Assembly: GCA_045577925.1 (NCBI GenBank)
Contig: JAZNJH010000025.1
Span: forward strand, 36,307 to 100,306
Direction: 5' to 3'
DNA length: 64,000 nucleotides
Source of the DNA: Eubacteriales bacterium
GTDB taxonomy: Bacteria > Bacillota > Clostridia > Oscillospirales > CAG-272
Shown here one piece after another: positions 38,701-47,315 of the stretch. Position 1 is the first letter of the stretch. Each line of letters starts with the position of its first letter. The notes below the pieces were generated by a model. The model was not told where the DNA came from, searched no databases, and saw only the letters and a program-made list of their open reading frames with translations. A program made the translations under genes and the position numbers.

Positions 38701-39428
38701 TCAAGCTTTTCGTCCTCAAATTTAACGTTGTCAACAGTAGTTAAAAACGTTGTGTGACGGCAGTGGTCCGACCAATACGTATCTATCATACGTATTTCTG
38801 TTATAGTGGGATTGCGCTTTTCTTCTCTGAAATAGTCGCGGCAGAATCTGAGGTCGTCCGCGTCCATCGCAAGTCCCATATCGCTTGCCATTTTCGCAAG
38901 CTCTGCATCTTCAAGGTCTATAAATCCCTCAATAGTTTTAACGTCCGCAGGGATCTCCGTTTCCATTTTAAGTGTTTCGGGAAGCTCAAAGGAAGCAAAA
39001 CGGCTTTCAACGGGGTTGATTACGTATTTCTGAATCTCCTCGAGTTCCTTTTCGCTTATATCACCGTAAAGCGCATATATCTTTGCAGTACGTACAAGGG
39101 GTTTTTCGCCCATGGATATGATCTGTATGCACTGTGCCGCAGAGTCAGCTCTCATATCAAACTGACCGGGAAGGCTTTCAACGGCAAATACCGCACAAGC
39201 ACCCTCAAAGTCGGCACTATCGTATATATCGTCGATCTGAGGCTCTGAAAACACCTTTGCTTTTGCCGCTTCGAAAAGGTCTGCGTCGATATTTTCCACG
39301 TCATATCTGTTAACAACGCGAAGATCATCGAGCCCTTCGATTCTGAGCACCGTGTTTATGTCGGACTTAAGAGAGCGTGCTTCGGCAGCAAACTCGCGCT
39401 TTTTCTCGACAAATATTCTGTATACCAT
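35721..39428 (-). CDS. purL: Phosphoribosylformylglycinamidine synthase, single-chain large form
   Basis: Start moved to ATG 39428 (MVYRIFVEKK), after AAAGGAAA. 1235 aa, with a C-terminal GATase region (GICNGFQAL, SHGEGRF). Confidence 0.92.
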   Translation of the reverse strand: MVYRIFVEKKREFAAEARSLKSDINTVLRIEGLDDLRVVNRYDVENIDADLFEAAKAKVFSEPQIDDIYDSADFEGACAVFAVESLPGQFDMRADSAAQCIQIISMGEKPLVRTAKIYALYGDISEKELEEIQKYVINPVESRFASFELPETLKMETEIPADVKTIEGFIDLEDAELAKMASDMGLAMDADDLRFCRDYFREEKRNPTITEIRMIDTYWSDHCRHTTFLTTVDNVKFEDEKLEAAYNRYVETRKKLGRTKPVNLMDIATLGARYLKSEGKLDALDESDEINACTVKIKANIDGEDVDYLLLFKNETHNHPTENEPYGGAASCIGGAIRDPLSGRSYVYAAMRVTGAADPTRPVAETIPGKLPQRKIVTTAAAGYSSYGNQIGLATGMVDELYHDGYAAKRMEIGAVLGAAPAKNVRREVPGDGDIVILLGGRTGRDGCGGATGSSKSHTKASLETCGAEVQKGNAPEERKLQRLFRNAEAAKLIKRCNDFGAGGVSVAVGELADGLEINLNAVPKKYDGLDGTELAISESQERMAIVVEAKDAERFIEIAKSENLEATPVAKVTAEPRLVMVHNGKKIVDISREFLNSNGAEKHIDITLDTPSAFEKEIPESFEKGMRALAGDLNVCSKRGLSERFDSTIGAGSVLMPFGGSLQHTPIQAMVHKIPLEHGETDTVSFMSWGYNPYITEKSPYHGAYLAVVESISKLIATGADKNEVFLTFQEYFEKPMRDPKRWGKPMAALLGAFAAQLDYSSASIGGKDSMSGTFENIDVPPTLVSFAVTTGKLLDVVSPEFKNADSRVILLVPEYDKDELPVSESELALYDKVNALMRAGRVSAAYTPTYGGVAEAVMKMCFGNGLGFEFNEETKLETLFGYNYGAFVLEMCDDAPVEGEIYLGKTTKKCPFVLGEEKVCSHELLEIYENKLESVFSCNIKVEEKKLNLPETHRDANALTHAKIGVAKPRVLIPVFPGTNCEYDSARAAERAGLEADIFVIRNITGADIAESVEEALKRIEKSQVIFIPGGFSGGDEPDGSGKFITAFFRNPKLTDAVNNLLKNRDGLMCGICNGFQALIKLGLVPYGEICDIGENDPTLTYNVIGRHQSRIVRTRVLSNKSPWLMNTKPGEIYNVPISHGEGRFIAPAELIEKLAANGQIATQYADINGNPTFDISYNPNSSDYAIEGITSPDGRVIGKMGHSERISMGTYKNVDGDYDIKLFKSASDYYKI

Positions 39429-39448
39429 AATTATTTCCTTTCTTAAGC

Positions 39449-40708
39449 TCAAGCCTTCAGCGCTCTCGCTCCGATATCGTGGCGGAAGTACTTGTTTTCA
39501 AAAGTTATCTTTTCGGCTTCGGCATATGATAAGTCTACTGCCTCTTTAAGAGTGCCGCCGACACATGACACTGCAAGAACTCTGCCTCCTGCAGTGTAAA
39601 GGCTTTCGCCTTCACGCTTTGCTCCTGCGATATAAACGCATGCGCCTGTATCACGTTCGCCCTTTATTTCAAAGCCCGTTTCATACTTTCCGGGATATCC
39701 GTTTGATGCAAGCACCAATGTGCATGAGTGCTTGTCTGCAAACTTAACCTCTGTTTCAGAAAGCTTCCCTGCGCTTACGGCGCGCATTACGGTAAAGAGG
39801 TCGGACTCTAAAAGCGGAAGCACCGCCTGAGTTTCGGGATCGCCGAAACGGCAGTTATATTCGATAACCTTAGGTCCGTTTGCGGTAAGCATAAGTCCGA
39901 AGTAAAGGCAGCCTTTAAACGTTCTGCCTTCAGCCTTCATAGCATTTACGGTCGGCATGAATATTTTATCCATACACTCTGCTGCAATATCTGCAGTATA
40001 GTACGGATTGGGTGCTATCGCTCCCATTCCGCCCGTGTTGAGCCCTGTATCGTTGTCGCCCGCTCTCTTATGGTCCATTGACGACACCATTGGAACAAGA
40101 GTGTTTCCATCTGTGAAAGCAAGCACCGATACCTCGGGACCCTCTAAAAATTCTTCAATAACCACGCGGCTGCCGCTTTCGCCGAAAAGCTTATCGGCCA
40201 TCATTGAGCGTACCGCTTCTATTGCTTCATCACGAGTCTGTGCTATTATAACACCCTTGCCAAGCGCAAGTCCGTCTGCTTTTACAACAACGGGTGCCGG
40301 AATTGTGTTAAGATATGCTATTGCCGATTCCATATTATCAAAGGTCTCGTAAGCTGCTGTGGGAATAGAATATTTCTTCATAAGGTTTTTTGAGAAAACC
40401 TTGCTTCCCTCAATAATAGCCGCCGCCTTTGTAGGACCGAAGCATTCGATTCCGATTTCATTTAGTGCATCTACCGCACCGAGCACAAGCGGATCATCGG
40501 GAGCAACTACCGCATAGTCAATGCCCGTATTTTTTGCAAATTCAACAATGCCGTCTATATCCTTTGCGCCGATATTCACACATTCAGCATCGCGTGATAT
40601 ACCGCCGTTACCCGGCAGTGCATAAAGCTTTTCTATTTCAGGCGACTTTTTCAGCGCCTTTATAATTGCATGCTCGCGGCCGCCGCCGCCAACTACCATT
40701 ACTTTCAT
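39449..40708 (-). CDS. purD: Phosphoribosylamine-glycine ligase
   Basis: MKVMVVGGGGREHAI...; ATP-grasp core; 419 aa. Confidence 0.93.
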   Translation of the reverse strand: MKVMVVGGGGREHAIIKALKKSPEIEKLYALPGNGGISRDAECVNIGAKDIDGIVEFAKNTGIDYAVVAPDDPLVLGAVDALNEIGIECFGPTKAAAIIEGSKVFSKNLMKKYSIPTAAYETFDNMESAIAYLNTIPAPVVVKADGLALGKGVIIAQTRDEAIEAVRSMMADKLFGESGSRVVIEEFLEGPEVSVLAFTDGNTLVPMVSSMDHKRAGDNDTGLNTGGMGAIAPNPYYTADIAAECMDKIFMPTVNAMKAEGRTFKGCLYFGLMLTANGPKVIEYNCRFGDPETQAVLPLLESDLFTVMRAVSAGKLSETEVKFADKHSCTLVLASNGYPGKYETGFEIKGERDTGACVYIAGAKREGESLYTAGGRVLAVSCVGGTLKEAVDLSYAEAEKITFENKYFRHDIGARALKA

Positions 40709-40748
40709 GTTTCTTCTCCGGATTCTTTGTTATTAAAGCTCACCGATA

Positions 40749-41933
40749 TCAGTGGTGGAAGAGTCTCATGCCGGTAAACGCCATAGCAATACCGTACTTG
40801 TTGCAGCAATCAATAACTATATCGTCGCGGATAGAGCCGCCGGGCTCTGCTATATATGAAACGCCGCTTCTGCGTGCGCGTTCAATGTTATCATCAAACG
40901 GGAAGAATGCGTCAGAACCAACTGACACACCTGTGATCGTTGCAAGGTATGCCTTCTGCTCTGCTCTTGTAAAGGGCTCGGGACGTACTGTAAAGTACTT
41001 CTGCCAATTGCCTTCGTCAAGAACGTCACCGCAGTCCTCGGAAATATATACGTCGATAACGTTATCGCGATCGGGTCTGCCAAGCTCAGGCTTGAAAGGA
41101 AGTCCGAGAACCTTGTCGTGCTGTCTTAAGTGCCATATATCAGCCTTTGTACCTGCAAGTCTTGTGCAATAAATTCTCGACTGCTGGCCTGCACCAACGC
41201 CGATAGCCTGTCCGCCCACAGCATAGCATACAGAGTTTGACTGTGTATATTTAAGTGTGATAAGCGCGATTATAAGGTCGATCTTTGCCGATTCGGGAAT
41301 TTCCTTGTTTTCGGTAACAATGTTTGTAAGAAGCTCACGGTCGATCTTGAAGTTGTTTCTTCCCTGCTCGAAGGTGATACCGAACACCTGCTTGATTTCT
41401 TTTTCTTCGGGAATATAGTCAGGGTCGATCTTTACTATATTATAATTGCCTTTTCTCTTGGACTTGAGTATTTCAAGAGCTTCGTCGGTATAACCGGGAG
41501 CGATAACTCCGTCTGAAACCTCACGCTTGATTATTGTTGCTGTTGTTACGTCGCAAACATCGGAAAGTGCGATCCAGTCACCGAATGATGACTGACGGTC
41601 CGTACCTCTTGCGCGAGCGTATGCGCAGGCAAGGGGAGAATCGTCAAGACCTTCGATATCGTCAACAAAGCAAGCCTTTTTAAGCTTTTCGTCAAGCTTT
41701 TTACCTACCGCGGCAGACGTGGGGCTTACGTGCTTGAATGACGTTGCACAGGGCATACCCGTTGCCGCCTTTAACTCCTTAACAAGCTGCCAGGAATTGA
41801 AAGCATCAAGAAAGTTTATGTATCCGGGGCGGCCCGAAAGTATTTCTATCGGGAGCTCTGCACCATTTGACATATAGATTCTGGAAGGCTTCTGATTGGG
41901 GTTACAACCGTATTTAAGTTCAAATTCTCTCAT
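40749..41933 (-). CDS. purH: AICAR formyltransferase (AICARFT domain only; no fused IMP cyclohydrolase/MGS domain)
   Basis: LKYGCNPNQ, SFKHVSP and GSIRD motifs in a 394-aa protein that lacks the N-terminal MGS-like IMPCH domain. Confidence 0.8.
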   Translation of the reverse strand: MREFELKYGCNPNQKPSRIYMSNGAELPIEILSGRPGYINFLDAFNSWQLVKELKAATGMPCATSFKHVSPTSAAVGKKLDEKLKKACFVDDIEGLDDSPLACAYARARGTDRQSSFGDWIALSDVCDVTTATIIKREVSDGVIAPGYTDEALEILKSKRKGNYNIVKIDPDYIPEEKEIKQVFGITFEQGRNNFKIDRELLTNIVTENKEIPESAKIDLIIALITLKYTQSNSVCYAVGGQAIGVGAGQQSRIYCTRLAGTKADIWHLRQHDKVLGLPFKPELGRPDRDNVIDVYISEDCGDVLDEGNWQKYFTVRPEPFTRAEQKAYLATITGVSVGSDAFFPFDDNIERARRSGVSYIAEPGGSIRDDIVIDCCNKYGIAMAFTGMRLFHH

Positions 41934-41944
41934 TGCTCTGCTCC

Positions 41945-42670
41945 TTATTTCACAAATTTATTTATAAGTCTTGATTCATACGTGCCGTCTGCAATTCTGA
42001 TATATCTGACATAAAGCGAGATCTTGTTATCAGCGTTAAGACTGTTCCAAATATCGTTTGTAAATGCATCTATATCATTATCGATAGCAACTCTTTCAGG
42101 CTCACCCTCAAAGCTCGGAAGAGGACTTCCGTCCTTCATATAAGTGTGAATAAAGTTTCCTATACCTGCAAGCGAGGGGTATGAGTATGTATATCTCATG
42201 CAGTCGGTGCCGTCACGGTCAGCAGACTTGAGTATGCTCATTTTGTATGTGTATTTGCCACCGTCGACCTTAAGTGCGGCGCTGATACGGGGTGTGAAGT
42301 TAGGCGCATCGGGCTCAAAGCAGCGTGTTTCGAGCGCTTCTTCAAACGTCTTGCCCTCTTTCATATAATCGTAAATAGTGTCAGTCTGATCACCGTTTGT
42401 AACGATAGTCGTATTATCCCAAACCTTTACGGGAGAATAAATAATAAGCGAGGGATCTTCAACCTTGGATTCATCAAAGGGCGCTGTGATTATCTCACCG
42501 CCTGCCTTTTCTTCAAAAACACGATTACGGCTGTTTTCGCTTCTTCCCATAATAAAGTATGCGAAAACTGCATTTTCACCGTCGGGTGTTGTGCCGACAA
42601 CTATTCCGCGTCCGGGATAGGTGCATGAATTCAAAAGGTCGTTTAATTTCAAAGTATCAAGTGCGCTCAT
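41945..42670 (-). CDS. purO: IMP cyclohydrolase, PurO-type
   Basis: YPGRGIVVG...AYFIMGRSENSRNRVF matches the archaeal-type IMP_cyclohyd family pattern. Confidence 0.75.
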   Translation of the reverse strand: MSALDTLKLNDLLNSCTYPGRGIVVGTTPDGENAVFAYFIMGRSENSRNRVFEEKAGGEIITAPFDESKVEDPSLIIYSPVKVWDNTTIVTNGDQTDTIYDYMKEGKTFEEALETRCFEPDAPNFTPRISAALKVDGGKYTYKMSILKSADRDGTDCMRYTYSYPSLAGIGNFIHTYMKDGSPLPSFEGEPERVAIDNDIDAFTNDIWNSLNADNKISLYVRYIRIADGTYESRLINKFVK

Positions 42671-42685
42671 AATTATCTTCCTTTC

Positions 42686-43303
42686 TTAGTTAACAAGTTC
42701 GTTTTTCTTTTTGGAAACGATATCCCGACATACCTTTTCGCATGCAACGGGAAGTATCTTCCATTCTGCCTGTCGCATTACACGGCGCTGAAGCATTTCG
42801 GGTGTATCGTGTGCTCCAACGGCTACCGCTTTCTGCATGATTATTCTGCCGCCGTCGGGTACTTCGTTTACAAAATGCACCGTTGCGCCCGTCACCTTGA
42901 CTCCGTACGCAAGCGCCGCTTCATGAACCTTGAGTCCATAAAAGCCCTTCCCGCAGAAAGAGGGGATCAAAGATGGGTGTACGTTGATTATTCTTTCAGG
43001 ATAACGCGATGTGAATTTTTCCGTAAGTATACACATAAATCCCGCAAGTACGATAAGATCGATCTCGTATTCATCAAGAAGCTTTATGATCTGATCTTCT
43101 ATATCTACCTCGCTGCCGCGCTTGACGATAGCGGTATCTATTGAATTTTCCCTTGCCCTTACGAGAGCATAAGCATCGCTGTTATTTGAAATAACGAGCT
43201 CTATTTTACCGTGCTTGATAATATTTTTGTTTTGGGCATCAATAAGTGCCTGCAGATTCGTTCCGCCTCCGGACACGAGAACTGCTATTTTTGCTGTGGT
43301 CAT
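42686..43303 (-). CDS. purN: Phosphoribosylglycinamide formyltransferase
   Basis: IAVLVSGGGTNLQALID...NVHPSLIP...TGATVHFV; 205 aa. Confidence 0.92.
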   Translation of the reverse strand: MTTAKIAVLVSGGGTNLQALIDAQNKNIIKHGKIELVISNNSDAYALVRARENSIDTAIVKRGSEVDIEDQIIKLLDEYEIDLIVLAGFMCILTEKFTSRYPERIINVHPSLIPSFCGKGFYGLKVHEAALAYGVKVTGATVHFVNEVPDGGRIIMQKAVAVGAHDTPEMLQRRVMRQAEWKILPVACEKVCRDIVSKKKNELVN

Positions 43304-43342
43304 CAGATTCTCCTGTAAATATGTCCAAGTTATAATTCTCTT

Positions 43343-43966
43343 TTAATCTTTAATTTCGCCGGCAAGCTTTTTAACAAGCGGAATAAAGCAACCGCCAAGC
43401 GTATTGCCGACAACCGCAAGTCCTAAAAATCCCCATACTTCGGGATTGAACATTCTTGCCGTGAAAAAGTAATACATATCTGCTATCGAGTGCTCATATC
43501 CCGAAAGAATGAACACTGGAACGCAAAAGATTATGCCTGCGATACTGTTTTTTCTTGCGAATATCGTTACTGCAACATACATAAGTATTCCGCACATAAA
43601 AGCAGATGCAAGTGTGGAAGGTATACCTCTTACAAGCTTACCCTCGCACATAACGCGCGCAGTTTCCCAAAGTGCATCAGACGTTGATATATTGCATATG
43701 TAAGCAGCAGTAAGCGTTCCGAGCATATTACCTATAAGGCAGGTAAAGAGAAGCGGTATATCCTGCTTTTTGTTTTCGCTGTATACTATCGCTCCGACTT
43801 TTCCTGTAAACAGGTGAAGTCCAAGCATGCAAATGGTAAGAAGCGCAACTGCAAAAAAGACAGCGCCCTCAATTCCGCCAAGCTTTAAGTTGACCGTACC
43901 GCCTATTCCTATCATCACGCCGCCCGCAAAACTAAGCGCAAGCGACTGACGTGCGCGGCTTAGCAA
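43343..43966 (-). CDS. Short formate/nitrite transporter (FNT) family channel
   Basis: GYEHSIADM matches the FNT signature GFEHSIANM. Multi-TM protein of 207 aa, shorter than typical FocA/NirC. Its start overlaps the purM stop by 7 nt. Confidence 0.7.
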   Translation of the reverse strand: MLSRARQSLALSFAGGVMIGIGGTVNLKLGGIEGAVFFAVALLTICMLGLHLFTGKVGAIVYSENKKQDIPLLFTCLIGNMLGTLTAAYICNISTSDALWETARVMCEGKLVRGIPSTLASAFMCGILMYVAVTIFARKNSIAGIIFCVPVFILSGYEHSIADMYYFFTARMFNPEVWGFLGLAVVGNTLGGCFIPLVKKLAGEIKD

Positions 43967-45003
43967 AGCACCACCTTATCTGCGTCCTCGGTAATTTCAC
44001 CGATAACGCGCGCGTCCGGTTCTCCGTTTGCCGCAAGTATTTCAAGTGCTGTGTCAACGTCCTTTGCATCAACAACGAACGCCATGCCAACACCCATATT
44101 GAATGTGTTATACATATCTCTTTCGGGAATATTGCCCGTCTTCTGTAAAAGCTCGAATACAGGAAGCTTCGGAAGCTTTTCCTTGTATATCTTAGCGCAA
44201 AGTCCGTCGGGTATTGCGCGCGGAATGTTCTCATAGAAGCCGCCGCCCGTTACGTGAGATACGCTCTTTACAGTGATTTTTTCAAAGAGAGCAAGCATCG
44301 GCTTTACATATATCTTTGTAGGCGCTAAAAGGGCTTCTCCGAGCGACTTGCCGTCAAGCTCTGCTCTCGGTGCTTTGAGGTCGCAGTTTTCAACGTCAAA
44401 TACATGTCTTACAAGAGAAAATCCGTTGGAATGAACACCGCTTGAAGGAATACCGATAACAACGTCACCGGCCTTCATCTTGCTCTTGTCAAGAACTGCA
44501 GGTCTGTCTACTATACCAACAGAAAATCCTGCAAGGTCGTACTCGTCTTCGGGATAGAAGCCGGGCATTTCTGCCGTTTCTCCGCCGATGAGCGCCGCAC
44601 CCGCCATAACACATCCGTCTGCAACGCCTTTAACTATGTCTGCAACTCTTTCGGGCACGTTCTTTCCAAGTGCAATATAGTCAAAGAAGAAAAGCGGCTT
44701 TGCGCCTGAGCATATTATATCGTTTACGCACATTGCAACGCAGTCGATACCTACTGTATCATGCTTATCCATAAGAAAAGCGATTTTTAGCTTAGTACCA
44801 ACGCCGTCGGTGCCGCCAACAAGAACGGGAGAGGTATATCCCTTCAAATCAAGGGCAAAAAGTCCTCCGAAATCACCGATACCCGAAATTGCACCTTCGG
44901 TAACAGTTTTTGCAATGTGTGCTTTCATCAGTTCAACTGCTTTGTAGCCGGCTGTTATATCAACGCCCGCTGCCTTGTAGCTTTCGCTGTAGCTCTTTGA
45001 CAT
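43960..45003 (-). CDS. purM: Phosphoribosylformylglycinamidine cyclo-ligase (AIR synthetase)
   Basis: YKAAGVDI...GGTDGVGTK...DYIA; 347 aa. Confidence 0.93.
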   Translation of the reverse strand: MSKSYSESYKAAGVDITAGYKAVELMKAHIAKTVTEGAISGIGDFGGLFALDLKGYTSPVLVGGTDGVGTKLKIAFLMDKHDTVGIDCVAMCVNDIICSGAKPLFFFDYIALGKNVPERVADIVKGVADGCVMAGAALIGGETAEMPGFYPEDEYDLAGFSVGIVDRPAVLDKSKMKAGDVVIGIPSSGVHSNGFSLVRHVFDVENCDLKAPRAELDGKSLGEALLAPTKIYVKPMLALFEKITVKSVSHVTGGGFYENIPRAIPDGLCAKIYKEKLPKLPVFELLQKTGNIPERDMYNTFNMGVGMAFVVDAKDVDTALEILAANGEPDARVIGEITEDADKVVLC

Positions 45004-45049
45004 TTTTATATTCCTTTCGTTATAAAAAATTTTTATATTTATTATTCTC

Positions 45050-46474
45050 TTATTCTTTTCCGTCCCAGCAATACGTGCAAAGCTTGCACTTGTCTATGCC
45101 GATAGCTTCGATTATTCCTTCAAGCGACTGGAATTCGAGAGAATCAAAGTGAAGCGCTTCGGCGATTTTAGCACGAAGCTTCTTTCCTCTTTCAGTAGAA
45201 GCATCGGCATATTCTTCTATATGATTCAAGCCCTCGTCTCCTTCAAGCTCGATTATCGTGCGTCTTGCTATAAGCTCAAGCTCTGAGGTTGCACGTGAGA
45301 AGTTAAGATATTTACAACTGTACATTATCGGAGGACATGCCGAGCGCATGTGCACCGATTTTGCCCCGTGCTCGTAAAGGAAGTCTACCGTTTCCTTGAG
45401 CTGTGTTCCGCGCACTATAGAGTCGTCAACAAAAAGAAGGTTTTTATCCTTGATAAGCTCCTTTACGGGAATCTGCTTCATTTTTGCTATTCTGTTTCGC
45501 TCAGCCTGAGTTGGCGGAGTGAAGCTCCTTGGCCACGTTGGCGTATACTTTATAAACGGACGCGCAAACGGTTTTCCGCTTTCATTGGCATACCCTATCG
45601 CATGCGGAGTTCCCGAGTCCGGCACACCGCAAGCATAGTCAATATCCTGCGCAAGCCCCTTTTGTTTATCGTTCTCGGCAAGTATCTTGCCGTTTTTATA
45701 TCTCATAAGCTCGACGTTTACGCCCTCGTATATCGAGTTGGAATATCCGTAATACGTCCACAAGAACGAGCACACCTTCATATTTTCGCCGGGTGCGGCA
45801 AGCTCGGTCACCGTATCGGGTGTGAGTTCTACAATTTCGCCCGGTCCGAGCTCTTTTTCTATCTCATAGCCAAGCTTTTCAAAGGCAAACGACTCAAACG
45901 AAACACTGTGACCGTCATCATTCTTTCCGATTATAACAGGGAGTCTGCCAAGCTTGTCTCTTGCCGCTATAAGCGTTCCGTCGTTCTTCAGGATAAGTAC
46001 GGACAAAGAACCGTCAATTACATCCTGCGCAAATTTTATTCCCTCTTTAAAATCACTCTTGTGATTTATCAGCGATGCAACGAGCTCAACCGTGTTTACT
46101 CTGCCGCCCGTCATTACGCCGAAGTGTCCGCCGTTTGTTAGAAGATATTTTTCAATAAGCTCGTCAGCATTATTAACGCGTCCGACTATTGAAATGGCAT
46201 ACGTTCCGATATTCGAACGGATAAGCAACGGCTGCGGTTCCGAATCGCTTATACAGCCTATCGCCGAATTGCCCTTCATCTCAAGAAAGACCTTATCAAA
46301 TTTCGTTCTAAACGGTGAATTTTCAATATTGTGTATATCGCGCTGAAGCCCTATCTCCGTATCGTACGCCGCCATACCCGCACGTCTTGTGCCAAGGTGC
46401 GAGTGGTAGTCTGTTCCAAAGAACACGTCCGAGATCGCATCGCGCTTGCTAGCTACGCCAAAAAAGCCTCCCAT
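45050..46474 (-). CDS. purF: Amidophosphoribosyltransferase homologue lacking the N-terminal catalytic Cys
   Basis: PRPP motif [13 protein letters not shown]. Fe-S ligand-like Cys residues are conserved (KVCSFLW, SCKY, CKLCTYC). The N-terminus is MGGFFGV where PurF has CG(V/I)FG. In-frame TAA TAA stops lie directly upstream of the ATG. Confidence 0.8.
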   Translation of the reverse strand: MGGFFGVASKRDAISDVFFGTDYHSHLGTRRAGMAAYDTEIGLQRDIHNIENSPFRTKFDKVFLEMKGNSAIGCISDSEPQPLLIRSNIGTYAISIVGRVNNADELIEKYLLTNGGHFGVMTGGRVNTVELVASLINHKSDFKEGIKFAQDVIDGSLSVLILKNDGTLIAARDKLGRLPVIIGKNDDGHSVSFESFAFEKLGYEIEKELGPGEIVELTPDTVTELAAPGENMKVCSFLWTYYGYSNSIYEGVNVELMRYKNGKILAENDKQKGLAQDIDYACGVPDSGTPHAIGYANESGKPFARPFIKYTPTWPRSFTPPTQAERNRIAKMKQIPVKELIKDKNLLFVDDSIVRGTQLKETVDFLYEHGAKSVHMRSACPPIMYSCKYLNFSRATSELELIARRTIIELEGDEGLNHIEEYADASTERGKKLRAKIAEALHFDSLEFQSLEGIIEAIGIDKCKLCTYCWDGKE

Positions 46475-46492
46475 AAGTCCTCCGCTTCTTTA

Positions 46493-46987
46493 TTAACCGT
46501 TGAATCTTGCGCTGATCGCAGCATCCTTTTCTCTTACCTTGTCTGCAGCTGCCTTGCGTGCCGCATCAAGCTTATCTGCAAGCGAAGCATCTGCCGTTGC
46601 AAGTATCTGTATTGCCAACAGTGCCGCGTTAACAGCGCCGTCGATAGCAACGGTTGCAACAGGTATGCCGGAAGGCATCTGTACTGTGGCAAGGAGCGCG
46701 TCAACGCCGTCAAGGTTTGTTGCTCTTACAGGAAGACCTATAACGGGCAGCGTTGTATTTGCCGCCATAGCTCCTGCTAAATGCGCAGCCTTACCTGCCG
46801 CTGCTATAATTACTCCTATGTTATTCTCTTTTGCGCCGCGTGCAAACTCTGCCGCTTCAACAGGAGTTCTGTGTGCGCTGAGTACACGCACTTCGAAACC
46901 AACTCCGTATTCTTTAAGTGTATCAATAGCCTTTTCCACGATATTAAGATCGCTGTCGCTACCCATAACAATTCCGACTTTTTTCAT
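46493..46987 (-). CDS. purE: 5-(carboxyamino)imidazole ribonucleotide mutase
   Basis: Start moved to ATG 46987 ([14 protein letters not shown]), after GGAGGG. SAHRTP motif. Confidence 0.92.
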   Translation of the reverse strand: MKKVGIVMGSDSDLNIVEKAIDTLKEYGVGFEVRVLSAHRTPVEAAEFARGAKENNIGVIIAAAGKAAHLAGAMAANTTLPVIGLPVRATNLDGVDALLATVQMPSGIPVATVAIDGAVNAALLAIQILATADASLADKLDAARKAAADKVREKDAAISARFNG

Positions 46988-47012
46988 AATTCCCTCCGTT
47001 TTGCCGTGACGG

Positions 47013-47063
47013 CACAAAATAAAAAAGGACACACCTACCCCATAAAACGGAATACGGCTGCCC
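47013..47063 (-). terminator. Riboswitch-controlled intrinsic terminator (expression platform)
   Basis: On the minus strand, GGGCAGCCGUAUUCCG-UUUUA-UGGGGUAGGUGUGUCC forms 13 of 16 pairs, then UUUUUUAUUUU. Its 5' arm overlaps the conserved CUGGGCA of the aptamer. Confidence 0.55.
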
Positions 47064-47131
47064 AGACGGTCGGCTTATATACTTCCCGACTCCATTGCGT
47101 AAACTCGCTCATCCGTCAGTCATCGAGAAAC
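47059..47131 (-). promoter_or_regulatory. Candidate ZTP (pfl-motif) riboswitch aptamer
   Basis: Minus-strand RNA GUUUCUCGA-UGACUGACG-GAUGAGCGAGUUUACGCAAUGGAG-UCGGGAAGU...CCGUCUGGGCA. P1 is GUUUCUCGA/UCGGGAAGU. UGACUGACG corresponds to consensus UGACUGGCG and CCGUCUGGGCA to consensus CCGCCUGGGCA, with compensatory GACGG/CCGUC pairing. The consensus is recalled from memory. Confidence 0.6.
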
Positions 47132-47138
47132 CACTATT

Positions 47139-47168
47139 ATTTTACACCATTTTATACCTTTTTGTCAA
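47139..47168 (-). promoter_or_regulatory. Sigma-A promoter of the pur operon
   Basis: On the minus strand: TTGACA (47163-47168), 18 nt, TAAAAT (47139-47144). Confidence 0.6.
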
Positions 47169-47249
47169 TAGCTGTCGGCATACATTTTAAACGAATTATT
47201 TATAATAGTTATAAAATAATAGTTTATATTGACACATGCGGACAACGCA

Positions 47250-47278
47250 TTGACAAAATGACCGATTCGTACTATAAT
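47250..47278 (+). promoter_or_regulatory. Consensus sigma-A promoter for the phosphoesterase gene
   Basis: TTGACA (47250-47255), 17 nt, TATAAT (47273-47278). A second TTGACA lies at 47229-47234. Confidence 0.65.
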
Positions 47279-47315
47279 GTACACGATAGAAATACCTTAC
47301 GGGAGAACACAGATT

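Noticed and set aside
45350-46141. 263-aa ORF on the plus strand.
   Set aside because: It is antisense to purF within a tightly packed minus-strand operon. I treat it as a shadow ORF.
47071-47092. The hairpin GUCGG-loop-CCGAC as the P3 helix of the riboswitch.
   Set aside because: Its 5' arm is the same sequence that forms the much longer P1 (UCGGGAAGU with GUUUCUCGA). It is more likely an alternative or competing pairing than part of the ligand-bound fold.
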